A DNA stretch of 45,088 bases. Origin: Coprothermobacterota bacterium. GTDB taxonomy: Bacteria; Caldisericota; JANLFM01. Position numbers and translations under genes: made by a program. The notes beneath the pieces were generated by a model that worked only from the letters and a program-made list of their open reading frames with translations, made no database searches and was not told where the DNA came from. This document shows positions 1-8,690 of this stretch, one piece after another (position 1 is the first letter of the stretch; the number at the start of each line of letters is the position of its first letter). The DNA lies in NCBI GenBank assembly GCA_026389415.1, contig JAPLHX010000215.1, positions 1-45,088 of the forward strand, read 5' to 3'.

Positions 1-644
1 GTCTCCAGCACGGCCCATTCGGGAGTGATCGTTACTTCCATTCCTGATTTATCCAACGCTTTGACGCGGAATGACTGTTCATCATTTACCGCTAGATTTA
101 CTGAGGCGGGCATGATGTCGATTTTGGCAACTACGGCTCCGGCAACGATGGAAAGAGTTGCAGTGGCAGTCTTATCTCCGCTTTTGGTCGTGGCAGTTGC
201 CATAATTTCTCCATCCCCTGCGGAGGACGGTTTAAAAACTCCTGCGGTGTCAATTGAACCCAATGTCTCCGGGATCACCGACCAGGAGATATCAGAAAGT
301 GGCATTTCTTTCTGGTCGCTTATGGTGCCGATCGCGGTGAAGGTTTGGCTGGAATTCACTGTCATTTTCGCGCTGGACGGATCTATTCTCATGGAAACGA
401 TTTCAGCTGGCGGCGTCGCGTTCCATCCCGTCAAGATGTAATAGATGATGACAGAAAGGGCAGCAAGGACGACCAGGATTCCAGCAAAAATCAAAGGCAA
501 TTTGGAGGAACTGCGCTCTCGCCGGCGGCGGGAATTGCGTAAAGAATATTTCTTCTCGCTAGGAGCAGCGGTCAAAAGTTCACCGCAGTGATTGCAATAT
601 TGGCTTCCTTCTGGGTTTTGGCGTCCGCATTTCGTGCAAAACAT
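1..644 (-). CDS. Zinc-ribbon / single-pass membrane / bacterial Ig-like (Big_2) repeat protein, partial (C-terminus lies beyond window start)
   Basis: Not in the ORF track because it runs off the window. Manual reverse-strand translation from ATG (complement of 642-644): MFCTKCGRQNPEGSQYCNHCGELL (CxxC-N10-CxxC zinc ribbon). This is followed by an RRRRER stretch, then TM helix LPLIFAGILVVLAALSVIIYYIL, then two Big_2-like repeats (MTVNSSQTFTAIG...WSV...GSIDTAGVFKP; VNLAVNDEQSFRVKALDKSG). SD-like AAGGGGGG lies just upstream. The listed + ORF 25..441 is its mirror image. Confidence 0.75.
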   Translation of the reverse strand, partial: MFCTKCGRQNPEGSQYCNHCGELLTAAPSEKKYSLRNSRRRRERSSSKLPLIFAGILVVLAALSVIIYYILTGWNATPPAEIVSMRIDPSSAKMTVNSSQTFTAIGTISDQKEMPLSDISWSVIPETLGSIDTAGVFKPSSAGDGEIMATATTKSGDKTATATLSIVAGAVVAKIDIMPASVNLAVNDEQSFRVKALDKSGMEVTITPEWAVLE

Positions 645-711
645 GGGGAAACCCCCCTTTTCTGTGCGCATTGCTTTACGCACCGCCTTATTGTATAGAA
701 CCTGTCCATTC

Positions 712-743
712 TTGACCATCCGGAAAGTCCACCGTGGTACAAT
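712..743 (+). promoter_or_regulatory. Candidate sigma-70-type promoter for the lipoprotein gene, in the divergent intergenic region
   Basis: TTGACC (712-717) and an extended -10 TGgTACAAT (735-743). The spacer is 20 nt, which is longer than optimal. SD AAGGGAGG (757-764) lies 8 nt before ATG 773. Confidence 0.3.
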
Positions 744-772
744 AGCAAACAAACACAAGGGAGGCACAACCG

Positions 773-1501
773 ATGTTCACTGCTCGAGCAAAAGCATTGG
801 GAATGTGCATTATGATTTTAGCGCTTGTCACTTTCGGCATCGCCGGATGCGGTGGGAACAGTAGCGAGTCTCCGGCCGAAACCGGAACTCTGATCGGAGT
901 AGTTTACGATAGCCAGAATACCGCAGTCCTTGGCGGGGTGAAGGTCAGTTACGGTACGGACTTGTTTACGACAAGCTCCCCTCGTGGCGTCTTCGAATTA
1001 GTCGCTTTACCCTATGGCTCATTGGAAATCTCCTTTTCCAAACAGGGTTACAAGGTGTCAAACCGAACCGTTGATTTGAAAGAGCCAAAAATGTTCGTAG
1101 AGATTTTGCTCGACATCGACCAATCCCTTGCTAACACCCTCGTTGACGAAGTAAAACTCCGAAAAGACCCAAATCTCAATGGTGAGATTCTAGAGGTCCT
1201 GGCTAAAGAGACGAAACTGGTCCTTACAGGGGAGATCAACAAGGGATGGTACGGAGTGATAGCTGCCGAGAAGAATGGATGGGTCTGGGGTGGCTACTTA
1301 CGTTCCACCGATGTGAAGATCCCCCGTATGGAGATTCTCGCTGATGGCAAACTATATAAAGAAGCCAACTCCACGGAAGGAATCGAGGATATTTTCGCTG
1401 GAATTCCAGTGATTGTGACCGGAACTAGCAGTTCTTGGACGAAAATCCTGCTGCCGAGCGGAGCAGAAGGATGGTTAGAAACAACCGCCTTAACCGGTTA
1501 A
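773..1501 (+). CDS. Lipoprotein with carboxypeptidase-regulatory-like beta-sandwich and two SH3b-like domains
   Basis: Signal peptide with lipobox LVTFGIAGC. GTLIGVVYDSQ...GGVKVSY...FELVALPYGSLEISFSKQGYK resembles the CarboxypepD_reg fold. Two SH3_3-like segments are present (LRKDPNLNGEILEVLAKETKLVL...GWYGV...GWVWGGYL and LYKEANS...WTKILLPSGAEGWLE). Good SD. Confidence 0.7.
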   Translation: MFTARAKALGMCIMILALVTFGIAGCGGNSSESPAETGTLIGVVYDSQNTAVLGGVKVSYGTDLFTTSSPRGVFELVALPYGSLEISFSKQGYKVSNRTVDLKEPKMFVEILLDIDQSLANTLVDEVKLRKDPNLNGEILEVLAKETKLVLTGEINKGWYGVIAAEKNGWVWGGYLRSTDVKIPRMEILADGKLYKEANSTEGIEDIFAGIPVIVTGTSSSWTKILLPSGAEGWLETTALTG

Positions 1502-1502
1502 C

Positions 1503-2480
1503 ATGACAAAACGCTCCTCCCCGCAAAGTTCCCCACAACTGGGACACCGATCCAACCCCATGGCGGACCGGGAAAAAAGGGCCGCTCAAACCCGATCTGC
1601 CGTCTCGCGCCTTGGCGATGAAGATCGGCAACTTCAAGACTTGATTCGCAAGACACTGATTGAGGATCCAGTCCTTTGGAGTGATGACATAGCGATCCGG
1701 GTGAAACAAGGACGGGTGATCTTAGAGGGTGTCGTTGAATCGCACGCGCAAAGGGAACGCGCGGAAAGCGTGCTTTCCGGCTTGCTAGGTGTCAAAGCGG
1801 TGGAAAATGATTTGGTGGTAAGCCAAAGCCACAGTTTCTCTGAAAAGCAAGTCTTCGATTTCGCCAACCAGGCTATGTCTGCAGCTCCATTCGCCACGCG
1901 AGATGTGAGCCTCTCGCTGCGGAACGGTATCCTATCGATCAACGGGCACGTGGATACACTCTGGGAAAAGCTTAAACTTATTGAACTGTTGGATCCTCTC
2001 CCAGGAATCAAAGAAACGGTCAGCCAACTTAAAATCGGGTATGAGAACCCACCTGACGAGGTAAGCCTAAGGAATAAGGTGATTTTAGCGATCTCAGAGC
2101 TACCCCGCTTGAAAGTGCAAGACCTAAAAGTGAGAGTCGTTCATGGAACGATCTACTTAAAAGGCGAAGCCGACCTGGCCAAGGACAAGCAATCACTACT
2201 CGAAAAAGTAGCCAGAGTGAAAGGCGCCAAAGAAATTGTGGATGAAATCGAATCTCGGCACGGGGAAACGATGGAAAATGACCTACGACGCAAACTGGAA
2301 ATTGCCTTCCGGGACGAACCCCGCTTGGCCGGAGCTCAGCTGCAATTCGATCTGGCCGGCGCAACCCTTTTCTTGAGGGGAGTTGTCAGGTCCGGCAGAC
2401 AACTGTACGTGATCGAAGAAATACTACAGGAAATTCCAGCGATCCGGCGGGTCATTAACGAGATTCTCATTCGCACTTAG
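1503..2480 (+). CDS. BON (OsmY-like) multi-domain protein
   Basis: Repeated BON-like modules: IAIRVKQGRVILEGVVESHAQRERAESVLSGLLGVKAVENDLVV; LSLRNGILSINGHVDT...; KVRVVHGTIYLKGEAD...KVARVKGAKEIVDEI; FDLAGATLFLRGVVRSGRQ...IPAIRRVINEI. The exact start is uncertain (ATG 1503 or the internal MADREK). Confidence 0.7.
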   Translation: MTKRSSPQSSPQLGHRSNPMADREKRAAQTRSAVSRLGDEDRQLQDLIRKTLIEDPVLWSDDIAIRVKQGRVILEGVVESHAQRERAESVLSGLLGVKAVENDLVVSQSHSFSEKQVFDFANQAMSAAPFATRDVSLSLRNGILSINGHVDTLWEKLKLIELLDPLPGIKETVSQLKIGYENPPDEVSLRNKVILAISELPRLKVQDLKVRVVHGTIYLKGEADLAKDKQSLLEKVARVKGAKEIVDEIESRHGETMENDLRRKLEIAFRDEPRLAGAQLQFDLAGATLFLRGVVRSGRQLYVIEEILQEIPAIRRVINEILIRT

Positions 2481-2490
2481 CTATCATTCG

Positions 2491-2520
2491 TTGGCCCCTA
2501 AGCCTTTCCTGTGGTAGAAT
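2491..2520 (+). promoter_or_regulatory. Candidate promoter positioned to give a leaderless purB mRNA
   Basis: TTGGCC (2491-2496), an 18-nt spacer, then TGgTAGAAT (2512-2520). Only 6 nt (cacact) separate the -10 from ATG 2527, and no SD is present. Confidence 0.4.
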
Positions 2521-2526
2521 CACACT

Positions 2527-3825
2527 ATGCCTGCGCGATATTCGCATGCCGAAATCCAGACTCTCTGGACAGAAGAAACCCAATACAGACGATGGCTTCA
2601 AGTGGAAATGGCAGTTTGCCAGGCCCGCTGGGAAGCGGGTGAAATACCCACCGATTCTTGGCTGAGGATGCAGGAACGGGCAGGTTTTGGCTCGGTTGAT
2701 GAGGTTGCTCAGCTGGAAAAAGAGACCCATCATGACCTCGTCGCTTTCCTTCGTGCCATCGAACCGCGATTGGGGGAGGATTTTCGTTATTTTCATCAAG
2801 GACTGACCTCACAAGACATCAAGGATACGACATTTTCTCTCCAATGCCAGCGTGCCGGTGAGATCATTTCCAAAGATATCCAAGTGCTGATGAATCGGAT
2901 TTATGCTTGTGCAGACCGTGAAAAACACACAATCATGGTTGGCCGCACACATGGTATGCAGGCAGAACCGATTACGTTCGGGTTGAAACTGCTACGTTTT
3001 GGGGAGGAATTCCGCCGACACAGCAAGCGAGTAGAAAATGCCATTGCAGAGGTGTCGGTAGGGAAAGTTTCCGGCGCCGTAGGCACCTATGGACATATTC
3101 CGATCCCTATCGCGGAACGAGCATGTTCCATTTTGGGACTTCAACTCCTGCTTGTGACCTCACAGATCATTCCTCGCGACATCTATGCCTACTTCTTCTC
3201 TGTGCTTGCCCTCCTCGCAAGTAGCATCGAAAACGTAGCCACTGAAATCCGCCACCTGCAACGGACGGAGGTAGCTGAAGTCGAGGAACCCTTTACTCGA
3301 GGACAAATGGGTTCTTCTGCGATGCCGCACAAGCGCAACCCGATCTTGTGCGAACGACTTTGTGGTCTGAGCCGATGGGTGCGCTTTCAAGCAGCAGCCC
3401 ACCTGGAAAACATACCAAGCTGGCATGAGCGTGATCTTAGCCATTCTTGCTTGGAGCGGCTTTCTGCACCAGCCATTACGGAAACGATCGGCTATATGCT
3501 TCAATTGCTGGCGAATGTAGTCGAAGGTTTGCAGGTCGATCCGGAGCGAATGCTTGTGAACATGGAGCTCTCTTACGGCACGGTTTTCTCTGAGTCATTG
3601 TTGCTTACCCTTGTCCAAAAAGGGATGCCCAGAAGCCTAGCCAGCCAAAAAGTCCAGGCTCTGGCGTTTCGGGCCCTGCGAGAGAAAACCTCGCTGCGCA
3701 CGCTGATCGAACAAGATCCTGAGATCTTCCCGTTGGTGACTGAGTGTCTGGATCATTTGGTTTCCAATGACTCTCTTACTCATCGAATCAATGAGATTTT
3801 TGCCAGGTCTCGCGGGAGATACTAA
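2527..3825 (+). CDS. purB: Adenylosuccinate lyase
   Basis: 432 aa. N-terminus RYSHAEIQTLWTEE..., fumarate-lyase signature GSSAMPHKRNP, and a length typical of the short PurB type. Confidence 0.95.
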   Translation: MPARYSHAEIQTLWTEETQYRRWLQVEMAVCQARWEAGEIPTDSWLRMQERAGFGSVDEVAQLEKETHHDLVAFLRAIEPRLGEDFRYFHQGLTSQDIKDTTFSLQCQRAGEIISKDIQVLMNRIYACADREKHTIMVGRTHGMQAEPITFGLKLLRFGEEFRRHSKRVENAIAEVSVGKVSGAVGTYGHIPIPIAERACSILGLQLLLVTSQIIPRDIYAYFFSVLALLASSIENVATEIRHLQRTEVAEVEEPFTRGQMGSSAMPHKRNPILCERLCGLSRWVRFQAAAHLENIPSWHERDLSHSCLERLSAPAITETIGYMLQLLANVVEGLQVDPERMLVNMELSYGTVFSESLLLTLVQKGMPRSLASQKVQALAFRALREKTSLRTLIEQDPEIFPLVTECLDHLVSNDSLTHRINEIFARSRGRY

Positions 3826-5466
3826 ATGTACGTTCTAGAGCAAATAAGCTCCGAGGTTTCCTCGGAGCTCAAACAGCTTTCCCCACTCCAGGCTCCTGCC
3901 ATTGCATGGGAAAAAGGCAATAACCTGGCGGATCTATCCACTGCTTTTGCGTTCCAGGCTGCCAAGATCTATCAAAAATCACCGGTAGCCATTGCGCAAT
4001 TCCTAGCCAAGAAATTGTCCGAGAAAACGAATTGGCTTACATTTCTACCGCATGAACGCGGCTTTCTGAATTGCAACTGGCAACCGGAGGGCATTTATCA
4101 GGTTCTAAAACAAGCATCGGAAATGGGACCGGAATATGGAAAACGATCGAAGGAACCAGAGAGAAAAGCGAATATAGAATTTTGCAGTGCCAATCCCACG
4201 GGTCCCATCCACTTGGGCAACGCACGCGGCGCTGCGATTGGCAGTGTTCTGGCTAATTTGCTCGAAACGTTGGGTTGGCAGGTTACGCGCGAGTACTACT
4301 TTGATGATTACGGAACACAGGTTGATGCTTTTGTTCTCTCCCTGGAGGCACGATATTTTCAAGCGCTGGGAAAGCCATGTCAATTTCCAGAAAATGGTTA
4401 CCAAGGTCAGTATGTACGGGACATCGCCAATGAGGTTGTTCAATTACAAGATCATGCGATCCTGAACAAAGATTCCGAATCTCGATTGGCATTCTTCCGT
4501 GAATACGGTTTGGGGAAAATGTTAGAGCAGCATCGAAAAACCACTTCCCGGATGGGAATTGATTATGATGCTTGGGTCAGTCAGAGCTCACTCGATCGGG
4601 ACGGATGGCTTGTGCAAGTGATACAGGCTCTAGAAAAGCGAGGAGTGCTTTTCAGAAAGGACGGAGCGGTGTGGTTTCGCTCCACGCAATTTGGTGACGA
4701 CAAAGATCGGGTAGTGATCCGGTCCAATGACGAACCCACCTACTTAGCATGGGATATGGCATACCATTTGAACAAACGAGCTCGCGGAGCAAAACTCTTA
4801 ATTGATGTTTGGGGTCCAGATCATCATGGGTACGTTCCCCGCGTGAAAGCGTTTTGGCAAGCCCTCGGTTATGAAGAAGCGGATCTTCAATTGCTGATTT
4901 ATCAGATGGTTCACTTATTCGACAAAGGAGCGGAGGTCTCTATGTCACGCCGCTCTGGAGATTTTGTCACATTAGATGAAGTTTTAGATACAGTGGGAAA
5001 GGATGCAACGCTATTTCTACTAGTCGATCGGAGTTTAGATTCAAACATGGATTTCGATTTGGATTTGGCTCGACAGCATTCGCTCTCCAATCCCGTCTAC
5101 TACGTGCAATACGCCTACACTCGCGCACTCGCACTTGAGCGAGAAGCGGCAGTGCGCGAGATTGAAATCCCGCCTCCCGATCCTGAGCTGTGCAGGATTT
5201 ATACTTCGTCAGAGCGGAACCTTGTGACGATGATTGCCATGATGCCCGAGGAAATCCTGCGCGCGGCACTGACCTTCTCACCGATGCGCATCGCCAACTA
5301 TGCCAAAGATTTAGCCGGTCAGTTTCATGCCTTCTATCACGATGAAAGGGTTCTGGGGGCGAATCCCCCTGATCAAGCAGCTCGGCTCGTATTGGTGCGA
5401 GCCGTTCGTATCGTATTGGCAAACACATTGGCAATCTTGGGGCTTTCAGCTCCAGAACATATGTGA
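3826..5466 (+). CDS. argS: Arginine--tRNA ligase
   Basis: 546 aa. Class I HIGH region ANPTGPIHLGNARG, KMSKS-equivalent MSRRSG, and a DALR-type C-terminus ending in M. Starts directly after the purB stop (TAAATG). Confidence 0.95.
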   Translation: MYVLEQISSEVSSELKQLSPLQAPAIAWEKGNNLADLSTAFAFQAAKIYQKSPVAIAQFLAKKLSEKTNWLTFLPHERGFLNCNWQPEGIYQVLKQASEMGPEYGKRSKEPERKANIEFCSANPTGPIHLGNARGAAIGSVLANLLETLGWQVTREYYFDDYGTQVDAFVLSLEARYFQALGKPCQFPENGYQGQYVRDIANEVVQLQDHAILNKDSESRLAFFREYGLGKMLEQHRKTTSRMGIDYDAWVSQSSLDRDGWLVQVIQALEKRGVLFRKDGAVWFRSTQFGDDKDRVVIRSNDEPTYLAWDMAYHLNKRARGAKLLIDVWGPDHHGYVPRVKAFWQALGYEEADLQLLIYQMVHLFDKGAEVSMSRRSGDFVTLDEVLDTVGKDATLFLLVDRSLDSNMDFDLDLARQHSLSNPVYYVQYAYTRALALEREAAVREIEIPPPDPELCRIYTSSERNLVTMIAMMPEEILRAALTFSPMRIANYAKDLAGQFHAFYHDERVLGANPPDQAARLVLVRAVRIVLANTLAILGLSAPEHM

Positions 5467-5494
5467 TTACAAAAAGAATAGAAAGGAGAATCAC

Positions 5495-6535
5495 ATGGGA
5501 AAGGGTAATCCGTTTGGTACCCACCGAGTGATCGAACCCCAAGGAGCAATGCCTCAGGCCGCTTGGAAACTAGATAATAATTTTTCTCAAATCTATGACA
5601 ACGAAATCTTAGTGGATGTGGAACGGTTGAATATCGATGCTGCAAGCTTCACGCAACTGGAAAGGGAGGCAGGGGAGGATCCGCAAAAGATCGCCGGACA
5701 AATCAAAAAGATCGTCAAGGACCGAGGCAAGATGCATAACCCCGTCACGGGTTCCGGTGGAATGTTCATTGGCACGGTGCGGGAAATTGGAAAGGCGATC
5801 CAGAATCATCGCGATCTGAAACATGGCGAATACATTGCCTCGCTGGTTTCTCTCTCCCTTACCCCCCTTTCCCTCAAGCGCATAAAAAAGATTGATCTAG
5901 AAAAAGACCAGGTAGAAATAGAGGGGCAAGCGATCCTCTTCGAGTCGGGCGTTTACGCTAAGCTTCCGCAAGACCTTCCTGCGCATCTAGCCCTGGCTGT
6001 GCTGGATGTTGCCGGTGCACCAGCCCAGACCGCAAGATTGGTAAAGCCGGGCGATACGGTGTTGGTGATTGGTGCGGGCGGTAAATCGGGTTTACTTTGC
6101 TTATACGAAGCAAAAAAGCGAGCCGGTGTAACGGGGAAAGTGATTGGACTTGGACACAGTGAGAACAGCACGGATCGAATCCGCGAATGCGGATTCGCCG
6201 ATCTGGTGATCCAGGGGGACGCGTCTAAGCCTTTGGAAATCTACGAAAAACTGATGGCAGCTACGCTTGGAAAATTGGTCGATGTCACCATCAATTGTGT
6301 AAATATCCCAGGAACGGAAATGGCATCAATTCTAAGCACAAGGGAGGGTGGAACGGTGTATTTCTTTACCATGGCTACCAGCTTCACGGCAGCTGCCTTG
6401 GGAGCGGAGGGGATTGGCAAGGACGTCACGATGATCATCGGAAATGGCTACGCAAAAGGTCACGACCAGATTACCCTGGAGTTGATGCGGGAAAACCCTA
6501 AGCTGCGAGAAATGTTTGAAAGGATGTTCCTATGA
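5495..6535 (+). CDS. kdd: L-erythro-3,5-diaminohexanoate dehydrogenase (lysine fermentation)
   Basis: The track ORF 5327..6535 overlaps argS. The internal ATG 5495 follows SD GAAAGGAG. MGKGNPFGTHRVIEPQGAMPQAAWKLDN... with a Rossmann motif VLVIGAGGKSG, ~346 aa, in a kam/kce gene context. Confidence 0.85.
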   Translation: MGKGNPFGTHRVIEPQGAMPQAAWKLDNNFSQIYDNEILVDVERLNIDAASFTQLEREAGEDPQKIAGQIKKIVKDRGKMHNPVTGSGGMFIGTVREIGKAIQNHRDLKHGEYIASLVSLSLTPLSLKRIKKIDLEKDQVEIEGQAILFESGVYAKLPQDLPAHLALAVLDVAGAPAQTARLVKPGDTVLVIGAGGKSGLLCLYEAKKRAGVTGKVIGLGHSENSTDRIRECGFADLVIQGDASKPLEIYEKLMAATLGKLVDVTINCVNIPGTEMASILSTREGGTVYFFTMATSFTAAALGAEGIGKDVTMIIGNGYAKGHDQITLELMRENPKLREMFERMFL

Positions 6536-7761
6536 TTTATTCGCCCAAGCGGACATGGCGGGAGATATCGCTTTGGCAATCCATAAGCAATGAAGAGTGG
6601 AACGACTGGCATTGGCAGCTGCGAAACCGGATCACGACTGTAGAGCAGTTGAAACTTGTCCTTCCTCTAACAGAGAAAGAAGAGCAAGGTATCCGCAGAG
6701 CTTTGACTAAATTCCGGATGGCGATTACCCCGTATTTCGCATCATTGATGGAGCCGGGGAATTCACAGTGTCCGATCCGATTGCAGGCTGTTCCGCAATT
6801 GGCGGAAACACAACTCAGCGAGCATGATTTGCTCGACCCCCTGCACGAAGATTGTGATTCCCCTGTGCCTGGCCTAACCCACCGGTACCCGGATCGAGTC
6901 CTATTGCTGGTAACGGATCAATGTGCCATGTATTGTCGCCATTGCACGAGAAGACGCTTTGCTGGGACCTATGACGGTTCCAGGTCGAAAGAGGAGCTGA
7001 TTTGCGCGATTGACTACATCCGCCAAACTCCGGTCATCCGAGATGTCGTGGTGTCTGGTGGGGATGGATTGCTATTGGAGCAGAGTCTGCTGGAATTTGT
7101 GCTGACGGAACTGCGAAAGATCCCGCACGTGGAAATCATCCGTATCGGATCTCGAGCACCGGTAACATTACCCCAAAGGATCACGGACGACTTGTTAATG
7201 ATGCTGCGACGATTTCAACCGATCTGGCTGAATACTCACTTCAATCACTCCCACGAGATTACCGTCGAATCCAAAGCCGCTTGTGAGCGTTTGGCTGATG
7301 CGGGGATCCCCCTGGGAAATCAAAGCGTTTTATTGCGGGGGATCAATGACTGCCCGACCGTGATGCGAAGGTTGGTGCATGATCTGCTTATGATCCGCGT
7401 TCGTCCTTACTATATCTACCAATGCGATTTATCCGAAGGGATTGCCCATTTTCGGACCTCTGTCCTGCGTGGAGTCGAGATTATCGAGAGTCTGCGTGGT
7501 CATACCAGCGGATTGGCTGTCCCGACCTTTGTTGTGGATGCTCCCGGTGGCGGAGGGAAGATCCCGTTAGGCCCCAACTATTTGCTTTCGATGTCTCCCG
7601 AGAAGATCGTTTTGCGGAACTACCACGGTGGCGTATTTTCCTATCCGGAACCAGCCGATTTCGAGTCGCATGACACCAGGCGGTGCCCGATTTGTCAGAA
7701 AGAAGCTGCCCCTTCTCTCTCCATCCTCGACGGTCAGATCGGACGATGGACGATAAAATGA
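6532..7761 (+). CDS. kamA: L-lysine 2,3-aminomutase (radical SAM, PLP)
   Basis: 409 aa. Radical-SAM CAMYCRHCTRRR (CxxxCxxC), plus the typical KamA N-terminal WNDWHWQLRNR and AITPYFASL. ATGA overlap with kdd. Confidence 0.95.
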   Translation: MIYSPKRTWREISLWQSISNEEWNDWHWQLRNRITTVEQLKLVLPLTEKEEQGIRRALTKFRMAITPYFASLMEPGNSQCPIRLQAVPQLAETQLSEHDLLDPLHEDCDSPVPGLTHRYPDRVLLLVTDQCAMYCRHCTRRRFAGTYDGSRSKEELICAIDYIRQTPVIRDVVVSGGDGLLLEQSLLEFVLTELRKIPHVEIIRIGSRAPVTLPQRITDDLLMMLRRFQPIWLNTHFNHSHEITVESKAACERLADAGIPLGNQSVLLRGINDCPTVMRRLVHDLLMIRVRPYYIYQCDLSEGIAHFRTSVLRGVEIIESLRGHTSGLAVPTFVVDAPGGGGKIPLGPNYLLSMSPEKIVLRNYHGGVFSYPEPADFESHDTRRCPICQKEAAPSLSILDGQIGRWTIK

Positions 7762-8690
7762 TCGGCAAGAACCTGCTATCGCAGCGGAGGGTCATCTCTG
7801 TAGTGGGTACAGGACGGGGGAGTGGCAAGACTACAACCTGCAACATGATTCTGGAACAGGCATCGAACTACCAAATACCTACAGGAGTGATTCCTTGCGG
7901 AAAAGGTGGTTCCGGCATTCCCATTTATCTGCCGGCGGGAGCATTGATCGCGTTGGCAAGGAATTGTGAACTTGTCAGTAAGTTGGAACTGCTAGAGCAA
8001 ACGAAAGCGAACACTCCCTGGGGAGAAGTTTGGATTGGTCGTGTCCGTGATGCTTGTGAAAGTCGAGTGGCAGGGCCCCTCTCTTTAGCTGATCTGGTGA
8101 TGGTTGCAAGGCAAATGCAGCGCTTAGGGGCAAAGCTGATTGTAGTAGATGGAACCATGGCACGAAAATCCATCACTTCAAGGACTCTCTGCGATTCCTT
8201 TGTCCTGGCTGTTGGAGTGGATTCGAACGAACGCAGTACCCGTCAAGAGGAAATCCGGCATCAGATCAACACGCTGAGAATGCCGTTAGCTGTTTACCCT
8301 CAACCACCGAAAACCGATCATTGTGCAATTTTTAACGGTTCAGATTGGCATCCGTTCCCCCACTTGGCGAAGGTGCCAAAGGAATACTGGGAGAAACCAT
8401 CTGTTGTATTTATCCGCGGAGCTTTTACAGAGTGGCATGCACCCTATCTCGATGGATTGGAGAATCCCAGTCAAATCATTGTAGAAGAACCATGGCGTAT
8501 GTTTCTGGCACGGGAGAGAGCGCAGAGTCTAAAATACCAAGGTTGGTCTTTTTCTGCGCTGCAACGATCGAGTTGCCTGGGCGTCACGATGAATCCGCAA
8601 GCGGTGAATGGGACCTTGGAGGACCTGAACGCAATCCGGCAGGGAGTGAGTATGGCTGAAGACATCGTGGCAATATTACCCACACCATGA
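7758..8690 (+). CDS. Uncharacterised P-loop NTPase
   Basis: Walker A VVGTGRGSGKTT and a Walker-B-like KLIVVDGT. ATG 7758 forms an ATGA overlap with the kamA stop (alternative ATG at 7746; the track start 7683 lies deep inside kamA). I recognise no other family signature. Confidence 0.65.
   Translation: MIGKNLLSQRRVISVVGTGRGSGKTTTCNMILEQASNYQIPTGVIPCGKGGSGIPIYLPAGALIALARNCELVSKLELLEQTKANTPWGEVWIGRVRDACESRVAGPLSLADLVMVARQMQRLGAKLIVVDGTMARKSITSRTLCDSFVLAVGVDSNERSTRQEEIRHQINTLRMPLAVYPQPPKTDHCAIFNGSDWHPFPHLAKVPKEYWEKPSVVFIRGAFTEWHAPYLDGLENPSQIIVEEPWRMFLARERAQSLKYQGWSFSALQRSSCLGVTMNPQAVNGTLEDLNAIRQGVSMAEDIVAILPTP

Noticed and set aside
25-441. Listed 138-aa plus-strand ORF at the left edge
   Set aside because: Its translation is low-complexity and featureless. 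The opposite strand reads as a coherent zinc-ribbon/TM/Big_2 protein with an SD and ATG at 644, so the + ORF is the mirror of the real minus-strand gene.
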